NCBI GenBank assembly: GCA_944393235.1
Contig: CALXZJ010000001.1
Coordinates: 14,096-78,095, forward strand
Source: an uncultured Alphaproteobacteria bacterium
GTDB lineage: Bacteria; Pseudomonadota; Alphaproteobacteria; RF32; CAG-239
Reading direction: 5' to 3'
DNA: 64,000 nt
The notes beneath the pieces are model-generated. The model made no database searches. It saw only the letters and a program-made list of their open reading frames with translations, and was not told the DNA's origin. Of this stretch, positions 57,854 through 64,000 are shown piece after piece. Each line of letters opens with the position of its first letter. The stretch's first letter is position 1. A program made the position numbers and the translations under genes.

Positions 57854-58831
57854 TCAAACATTTGCATAATCAAACTCTTTTTTCAAGCTGCGCTCAAACA
57901 TTTCTCGAATGGTTGCTTTAATATCTGCATCCTCATAAATAACTTTATAAAGCGCCTGACAAATCGGCATATCAATATTTTCTTTATCGGCAATAATTTT
58001 AACCGCTTTAAGTGTTGCCACACCTTCTGCCAGTTTACCGAAACGCTCGCCTTTGGCAAACATTTCACCATACATACGGTTATGGCTGTGTTTAGAGAAC
58101 AAAGTTGCCTCATAATCGCCCAAATGCGCCAGACCATAAGCTGTAAACGGATTGCCGCCAAAATGTTTGATGAGCCGCCCAACCTCAACCGGCGCACGCG
58201 CCATCAAAGCACCTTTCAACCCGTACCATTCCAACCCGTCCAAAATACCGGCAGCAATACCTACCACATTTTTCAAAGCCGCCCCTATTTGATTCCCGAT
58301 AACATCATTACCATAATAAAACCGAATCAAATCACTCTGTAATAGTTTAATCCAATTATCTTTTGCATTTTCATCATAGCTGTCTATCACTGCGCAAGAG
58401 GGAACTTTTTTCATATAATCTTGCACATGCCCCGGACCGCCTAAGCACGCCACCTGTACATTTTGCTTGATTTCTTCATTAAAAACATCAACCAAAGTTT
58501 TAGCACTTGGTTCTTCCAGCCCTTTCATTGCAAGCAAAAAGCTTTTACCATTCAAATCATAGCCATTTAATTGTTTGGCTAAATCGCGCAAATGCTGGCA
58601 ACCGATAGAAATGATAATATAATCGTTTTGCAAAATCTTGTTCAAATCCGGAGTCAAAACCATATTATCACTCAACTCCAAATACGAATTGCGCCGTGTA
58701 TCTTGAAGCTCAACAAAATTAGGCGATGTCGGAATATCATAAAGGACAACGCTGTCAACACAGTAATTGGCGGCATACCAACCCAAAAATGTCCCCCAAC
58801 GACCACAACCGATAACTGATATTTGTTTCAT
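57854..58831 (-). CDS. gpsA: NAD(P)H-dependent glycerol-3-phosphate dehydrogenase
   Basis: MKQISVIGCGRWGT NAD-binding N-terminus. GAGGAT RBS. The ORF-track start at 58855 is a TTG extension. Confidence 0.85.
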   Translation of the reverse strand: MKQISVIGCGRWGTFLGWYAANYCVDSVVLYDIPTSPNFVELQDTRRNSYLELSDNMVLTPDLNKILQNDYIIISIGCQHLRDLAKQLNGYDLNGKSFLLAMKGLEEPSAKTLVDVFNEEIKQNVQVACLGGPGHVQDYMKKVPSCAVIDSYDENAKDNWIKLLQSDLIRFYYGNDVIGNQIGAALKNVVGIAAGILDGLEWYGLKGALMARAPVEVGRLIKHFGGNPFTAYGLAHLGDYEATLFSKHSHNRMYGEMFAKGERFGKLAEGVATLKAVKIIADKENIDMPICQALYKVIYEDADIKATIREMFERSLKKEFDYANV

Positions 58832-58956
58832 AACATCCTCTGCAAACAATGACAAAACATGGCTATTAGTTTAATGACAATCTCAAACTATTGCAACGAT
58901 GAATATCAAAAAGTTAACAAGCTGTTTAATCACCCAGAACAAAGAACATCAATGCT

Positions 58957-59316
58957 TTACAAATGAGTTTTTTTCATTCTTTGCCGACCGATAATGGCAT
59001 TAATATAATCAAAATTTTGGAAAGACTGATAAGCATGATCAAAACTTTTCTTATCATAAATATAAAAAACTTTATTAGCCATACTTTTTATGGCGTTATC
59101 TATTTTTCCAAACGCCTCATTATAATCTTTATTGTAATTATTTTTAGCTTTTTTCTGAACAATATCATGATAAGCGGCAATCACTTTAGCTGTTTCATCA
59201 GCAGAATTTGCATAACCTTTTTCTTCAAAATCATGCATAATCTGCGCCGTCATCTGATAAAAGCATTTATTTGTTAAAATATTTCTTTGCAAAGTATCAT
59301 TGCTATTGATAATCAT
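58957..59316 (-). CDS. hypothetical protein
   Basis: 119-aa ORF with no recognised motif. Confidence 0.4.
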   Translation of the reverse strand: MIINSNDTLQRNILTNKCFYQMTAQIMHDFEEKGYANSADETAKVIAAYHDIVQKKAKNNYNKDYNEAFGKIDNAIKSMANKVFYIYDKKSFDHAYQSFQNFDYINAIIGRQRMKKTHL

Positions 59317-59475
59317 GGCAAATAAATAACCTTTCCCAAAAAATCACTATTTACATATCACATTTTTTATTAAAATGCAAGTAAGTTATATACAGCTTTT
59401 TTCAAATCAAAAGACAAACATCCGTCCGTTATGGGCGGATGTTTGCAATTTTTTGGTAAAAATCAATCAGAAAGA

Positions 59476-60444
59476 TTAACCATCCAAACATCTTTTAGCA
59501 GAAGAATCATACGGGCAAGCGACATATCTTCCGGTACAAGATTTATCCGTATAACCCAATTCTTCACAAACCGTGCTCTTTTGAGAATTACATTTTGCAG
59601 TAAAATCCCAATATCCGTTATCACAAGAACAGGTCTTTCCACAAACCCCTTTCAAACCTGAAAAAGTTTCAGCACAAACAACATGCGCCGGAATAGAACC
59701 TTTATAATCATAGTAATCATCTGAGCAATCGTTAACGCAATTGCCGCTATAGCTGTAACCACAAATACAATCAGGTATCGAGCAAACTTTACATCTATAA
59801 ACTGTTGAGGAAACTTTTGAGCCGTTTATATTTGTACAAGAAGCATCAACACCACAGCAACAATCATTGCTACTGGTTACCCAACCATCAGCGCTTGTCG
59901 GACACACGCATCTTTCATACTTCAGTCCTTCTTCATCCTCACATGTGGCCCCCTCGCCTTTAGCAGAACTGGCACATTCATGATATTCAGACGAACATTT
60001 ACAAGTTTCATAATACTTCACACCGTCCGCACTGACACAAGCTTCACCGACACCTTCTTGGCCTTGATTTTCACAAGCAATCCAATCTTCATCACATACA
60101 CATTTTCCTACTTCACAACCCATGTACGAACCGGTGCTTGCTGAACCGATACATGTTTCACCTGTACAAACTTCGCCGGGACCATTACAATCTTCATAAA
60201 GACTGCCGTTAGAACAACAATCTTCCGGAAGATAATAATTTTCACCACCGTCTGTACAAGACTTAGCTGAACTGCTTGGAATAGTACATGTTGCATAACC
60301 GGGGCAAGCACTACTAAACGCAGCCGTCGTTAAGCAATTACTGGTATCACCACTGTCTGCCAAAAAACAAACTCGTGCTTGAGCAGGAATGCTTAACAAC
60401 AACACTCCTGTCAAAATTAAGAAGAATTTACTAATTTTAAGCAT
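59476..60444 (-). CDS. cysteine-rich secreted protein (about 46 Cys in 320 aa)
   Basis: Signal peptide MLKISKFFLILTGVLLLSIPAQA. Dense Cys pattern including CNGPGEVCTGETC. Own promoter and RBS. Confidence 0.6.
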   Translation of the reverse strand: MLKISKFFLILTGVLLLSIPAQARVCFLADSGDTSNCLTTAAFSSACPGYATCTIPSSSAKSCTDGGENYYLPEDCCSNGSLYEDCNGPGEVCTGETCIGSASTGSYMGCEVGKCVCDEDWIACENQGQEGVGEACVSADGVKYYETCKCSSEYHECASSAKGEGATCEDEEGLKYERCVCPTSADGWVTSSNDCCCGVDASCTNINGSKVSSTVYRCKVCSIPDCICGYSYSGNCVNDCSDDYYDYKGSIPAHVVCAETFSGLKGVCGKTCSCDNGYWDFTAKCNSQKSTVCEELGYTDKSCTGRYVACPYDSSAKRCLDG

Positions 60445-60480
60445 CACAGCCCCCGATAATAAACAACCATACATACTACA

Positions 60481-60509
60481 TATCTTACTAGAAAAAGCCA
60501 AAAATGTCA
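60481..60509 (-). promoter_or_regulatory. candidate sigma70 promoter of the Cys-rich protein gene (TTGACA -35, 17-nt spacer, TAAGAT -10)
   Basis: Read on the minus strand about 35 nt upstream of the start codon. Confidence 0.4.
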
Positions 60510-60607
60510 ACTGTCCTTTTATTTAGACGCAAACACCAAAGCATTACTTTAAATCAACTAATGCCAACCGGTAAATTTTTGGTTGGCATTATTGTATTGC
60601 AATGCAA

Positions 60608-61204
60608 TTACTTGCTTTTTTCTCGCAAATTAGCAATCAAACCATCAACACCGTCCGGTGATTTTTTAATAAATGCGGCATATTCGTTACGTGCCGTAAT
60701 TGCCAAACTGACATTTTCAATAATAATATCAACTATCTTAAATTTTCCATCATCTTCTTTAACCCGCCAAACAACCTTTGCCGGCGCACCTTGCTCCATT
60801 GGCACTTCAGTATTTACAAAAATCTGACCGGCTGAATTTGATGGCGTCGTTCCCTTAAAAACAAAAGTTTTGCCCTTAAACTCATCAAAACGTTTTGACC
60901 ATGTTTTAATATTCATCTCTCGATAAACATCAATAAATTCCGTACGCTGCTTGGGTGTTGAAGTTCGCCAATAACGCCCCAAAACAAAGCGCCCGATAAA
61001 ATCCAGGTCCAGATATTCATTAAAAAGTTTGGCAAAGCGGGCATCTTTTTCTTCCACAGACACATCAGAATTAATAATTTCTTCAATTCCCTGCGTTGTA
61101 ACCTTTTTAATAAAGTCTTCGGCTTTTTGTGCATTAACTTCGGCTTGAGCCAAACCTGTCGACAACAAAAAAACCGCTGCCATAAAAGTCAACAATTTCC
61201 GCAT
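60608..61204 (-). CDS. mlaC: MlaC/Ttg2D family phospholipid-binding periplasmic protein
   Basis: Signal peptide plus Ttg2D-family sequence. AAGGAG RBS. Confidence 0.8.
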   Translation of the reverse strand: MRKLLTFMAAVFLLSTGLAQAEVNAQKAEDFIKKVTTQGIEEIINSDVSVEEKDARFAKLFNEYLDLDFIGRFVLGRYWRTSTPKQRTEFIDVYREMNIKTWSKRFDEFKGKTFVFKGTTPSNSAGQIFVNTEVPMEQGAPAKVVWRVKEDDGKFKIVDIIIENVSLAITARNEYAAFIKKSPDGVDGLIANLREKSK

Positions 61205-61225
61205 ATTTTCATCTCCTTAAAAAGT

Positions 61226-62017
61226 TTATTCCATTTCTTCATCAAAGGCATCATCATAGCCAAAGTCAAAATCATAGCTTAAAGCATCTTCATCGGCGTT
61301 ATTCTCTGCGCACAAGCTGGTAAATTTTTGCCGATTTTGTAAAAAGGCAGACTTCATCGTTGCATAAAAATCAACCGAACCCTCTTCCAAGCTTTCCAAC
61401 AATCCCATATTTTCGGCATAAATATTAATATATTTAAGCCCTGTTGCACCGACAACTGCTGCATCAACCCCATCATCTTCCACATCTATCAGCGCCCAGA
61501 ACAACGGACTGGCATAGGCATCAGCCGACCAGCCGATAACATACCGCGGTGTTGCCGGACCGATAATCGGCAAAATAAAGAAAGGGCCGTCCGGCACACA
61601 ATACTTTGCCATTGTTTGGTCAAAGCTGTTCTTTTTTTTCTCAAGCCCCCAACCGGCAGCCACATCAAAAGTGCCGGCCAAACCCAAAGTTGTATTAATC
61701 AAAAAGCGCCCGACAGAAACGCCGCTGTTTTTGATTTCGCCTTGGAAAAGATTGTTTACAAAATAAGCCGGCTCTTCCAGGTTATTAAAAAAAGCACTAA
61801 CCCGGTCGCGAAAAAACTGATTTGTAACGCTTTTATACCCCTCTGCCACCGGTTTCATAACCTTTTTATTAAATTGATAATTAAAATTAAACATGGCACG
61901 GTTATAATATTCCACCCCTGATTCCTCATCATCGGCAGACAATTTGCTTCCATCCGGATTCGTGGCGCAAGCAGCAAGACTAAAAATCAAAAACACTAAC
62001 AGGGAAATTTTTTTCAT
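61226..62017 (-). CDS. mlaA: MlaA/VacJ family outer-membrane lipoprotein
   Basis: Lipobox LAAC. VacJ-family sequence. Start trimmed to MKKISLL at 62017. Confidence 0.8.
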   Translation of the reverse strand: MKKISLLVFLIFSLAACATNPDGSKLSADDEESGVEYYNRAMFNFNYQFNKKVMKPVAEGYKSVTNQFFRDRVSAFFNNLEEPAYFVNNLFQGEIKNSGVSVGRFLINTTLGLAGTFDVAAGWGLEKKKNSFDQTMAKYCVPDGPFFILPIIGPATPRYVIGWSADAYASPLFWALIDVEDDGVDAAVVGATGLKYINIYAENMGLLESLEEGSVDFYATMKSAFLQNRQKFTSLCAENNADEDALSYDFDFGYDDAFDEEME

Positions 62018-62222
62018 AAGCTTATCCTTCTTCATCCTGCTCAAATTGCTATAAATATATCAACTCCGCTGATTAAATCAATAAAAATATAAAAAACCTT
62101 GATGATATATTAGTATGGAAAACATTTTTTTGTTACAATCAAGAAATATCTTGTGTGTTGCATCAATAATATAAGTAACCTATTATCACACCCAGTTTTG
62201 AACTTTATTAAAGGATAGAAAA

Positions 62223-63383
62223 ATGACAAACAAACCTTCTAAAAAAATTAATTTATTTGACTGCGCCACATCACAAAACATTATCGGCCGTGGTAAAATT
62301 ATGGCGGCATTAGAAAAAGTTTTGGAACATGGTGCTTATTGTCAAGGCCCTGAAACCAAAGAACTGGATGAAAAATTAGCACAATACTCCGGCACCAAAT
62401 ATTGCGCAACCTGTGGTTCCGGCACTGATGCCCTCACTTTGGCCTTAATGGCTTGGGATGTCAAACCGGGCGATGCTGTTTTTGTTTCATCGTTTACGTT
62501 TGTATCTTCTGCTGAAGCGCCGGTATTGCTTGGCGCCACGCCGATTTTCATTGATTCCAAACCAGATACCTACAACATGGATCCTGAAGATTTGAAACGC
62601 GCCATTGCCGAAGTCAAAAAAGAAGGCAAGCTCAATTTAAAAGCCGTTATTCCGGTTGATATTTTCGGTTCACCTTGTGAATTGGATGAAATCATCAAAA
62701 TCGCCCATGACAACGGCATGAAAGTTCTTTCCGACTCTTGCCAATCTTACGGTTCGGTTTATCATGGCAAAAAAGCCGGCTCAATTTCTGATATGACCGC
62801 CACCTCATTTTACCCAACCAAACCCTTAGCCGGTTACGGCGACGGCGGTGCAGTTTTCACCAACGACAGCAAAGAAAATGACTTGGTTGTATCTTGCCGC
62901 GTTCATGGCATGAGCCCTGAAGATCATTATGATAACGTTCGTTTAGGCATGACCGGCCGTATGAACTCTTTCCAGGCTGCGGTTATTTTGCAAAAACTGA
63001 CGGTTTTTGATAAAGAACTGGAAGATCGTTACCGCATTGCCAAACGTTATGATACGGAATTAAGCCCGTACTTCGGCAAACAGCGCATTTTGGACAACTG
63101 CCGCTCGGCTTATGCGCTTTATACCATTAATTGCGAACATCGTGATGAACTGATGGCTTATTTAAAAGAAGCCGGCATTCCCTGCGGTGCATATTATCCG
63201 CGTCCGGTCAACACCCAAACAGCGTATGAAAAATGGAATACCCGTTCGGTTCCGGTCTGTGAAAAACTTTCCAAAACCGTATTAAGCATTCCGATGCATC
63301 CGTACTTGGAAGAAGACGAACAGTCTTATATCATTGAAACGATGAATAAGTTTGCTGATAAATATTCAGCCAAAGCGGCTTAA
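62223..63383 (+). CDS. DegT/DnrJ/EryC1/StrS family PLP-dependent aminotransferase
   Basis: N-terminus aligns with DegT IPFLDL...GxGTDAL. PLP-Lys region present. AAGGA RBS. Confidence 0.85.
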   Translation: MTNKPSKKINLFDCATSQNIIGRGKIMAALEKVLEHGAYCQGPETKELDEKLAQYSGTKYCATCGSGTDALTLALMAWDVKPGDAVFVSSFTFVSSAEAPVLLGATPIFIDSKPDTYNMDPEDLKRAIAEVKKEGKLNLKAVIPVDIFGSPCELDEIIKIAHDNGMKVLSDSCQSYGSVYHGKKAGSISDMTATSFYPTKPLAGYGDGGAVFTNDSKENDLVVSCRVHGMSPEDHYDNVRLGMTGRMNSFQAAVILQKLTVFDKELEDRYRIAKRYDTELSPYFGKQRILDNCRSAYALYTINCEHRDELMAYLKEAGIPCGAYYPRPVNTQTAYEKWNTRSVPVCEKLSKTVLSIPMHPYLEEDEQSYIIETMNKFADKYSAKAA

Positions 63384-63502
63384 TTTTCCCCGCTTCTATA
63401 ACGCCTGTCTTTAAAAAGGCAGGCGTTTTTTTATATGTTCATTGATTTTTAATAAAAAAATTTCTATATTATTTCTCAGGTAAATTTTTTAAGGAGAAAA
63501 CT

Positions 63503-64000
63503 ATGGAAACAAAAACTTATACTTCAGCTGTAGAAAGAAGCGGCGTTGACGAAGGTTTACGCGGCTTTATGCTTAAAGTATACAACTACATGGCAGCCGG
63601 TTTGTGTTTAACTGCCTTGGTAGCATATTTGATTGCCAACACCGGCTTAATCAGATTGTTTTTCAACTTCAACCCGGCAACTAACACCCCCAGCATGTCC
63701 GGACTTGCTTGGTTGGTTTTGATTGCACCGCTGATTTTGGTTTTTGCTTTCAACTGGGCAATCACGCGCGGTTCAACAGCACAAGTTCAAGGCATATTTT
63801 GGGCTTATTCCGCTTTAATTGGTGCGTCATTAACACCGATTGTTCTGGCATACACAGCCTCCAGCTTAACCCGCGTCTTTTTAATTACCGCCGGCACTTT
63901 TGGCGCTATGAGCTTGTATGGTTACACCACCAAGCGTGACTTAACAGGCTTGGGTTCGTTTATGATTATGGGCTTGTGGGGCGTTATCATTGCCAGCATT
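63503..64000 (+). CDS. Bax inhibitor-1/YccA family membrane protein (partial, runs off window end)
   Basis: AAGGAG RBS. Multiple TM helices. GYTTKRDLT motif typical of the BI-1 family. Confidence 0.75.
   Translation, partial: METKTYTSAVERSGVDEGLRGFMLKVYNYMAAGLCLTALVAYLIANTGLIRLFFNFNPATNTPSMSGLAWLVLIAPLILVFAFNWAITRGSTAQVQGIFWAYSALIGASLTPIVLAYTASSLTRVFLITAGTFGAMSLYGYTTKRDLTGLGSFMIMGLWGVIIASI

Noticed and set aside
63709-63939. ORF 63709..63939 (+, 76 aa)
   Set aside because: It is internal and out of frame to the clearly supported BI-1/YccA-family gene starting at 63503 with an AAGGAG RBS.
1-64000. Mobile genetic elements (IS, integrase, phage, plasmid genes)
   Set aside because: No transposase, integrase, recombinase or phage structural gene is recognisable in any frame. 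The duplicated pilin loci and their repeats are the only repetitive DNA found.

Overview
This 64 kb window reads as a chromosomal segment of an AT-moderate alphaproteobacterium. The organism is probably host-associated, with Rickettsiales/Holosporales-like gene content; that assignment is inference from gene order and content, not a database hit. Gene order is typical of the alphaproteobacteria: gmk-yicC, secB/Tim44-like/mltA/smr, yebC-ruvC, and hisS-prfA. Most of the window is housekeeping: cysK (partial), gmk, aspS, argS, hisS, prfA, rnd, carD, trmL, rluC/D, rarA, hslO, recX, ruvC, yebC, ptsP, rodZ, gpsA, mlaAC, fba and ATP12. A full peptidoglycan-recycling set is also present (ampG, mpl, ldcA, mltA).

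Accessory content, most interesting first:
- Two paralogous mosaic type IV pilin-like genes (20664..21320 and 48800..49456, both minus strand). Each is followed by a modular array of small palindromic, G/C-tract-rich repeats, and the module order differs between the two loci. The conserved/variable block pattern resembles a pilin gene-conversion or antigenic-variation system.
- A 1274-aa autotransporter with an unusual N-terminus (signal peptide, ankyrin-like repeats, a second hydrophobic segment, a Gly linker and a Cys-rich module). It sits immediately upstream of a fused ABC exporter.
- A separate 320-aa Cys-rich secreted protein that shares a CGPGE-type motif with the autotransporter.
- A pentapeptide-repeat protein and a patatin-like phospholipase, both effector-like.
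- An anaerobe-flavoured redox/metal cluster: CoA-disulfide reductase with a rhodanese domain, a flavin-reductase/rubredoxin fusion, a DmeR/DmeF-like pair with a G-tract dyad operator, a nitroreductase and a DUF2769-like Cys-rich protein.
- Two paralogous HExxH membrane proteins, a split chrA pair, and a degenerate DEAD-box-like protein.

No transposase, integrase, CRISPR array, rRNA or tRNA was recognised. Several ORF-track starts appear to be over-extended alternative TTG/GTG starts and were trimmed where an RBS-supported start was evident.
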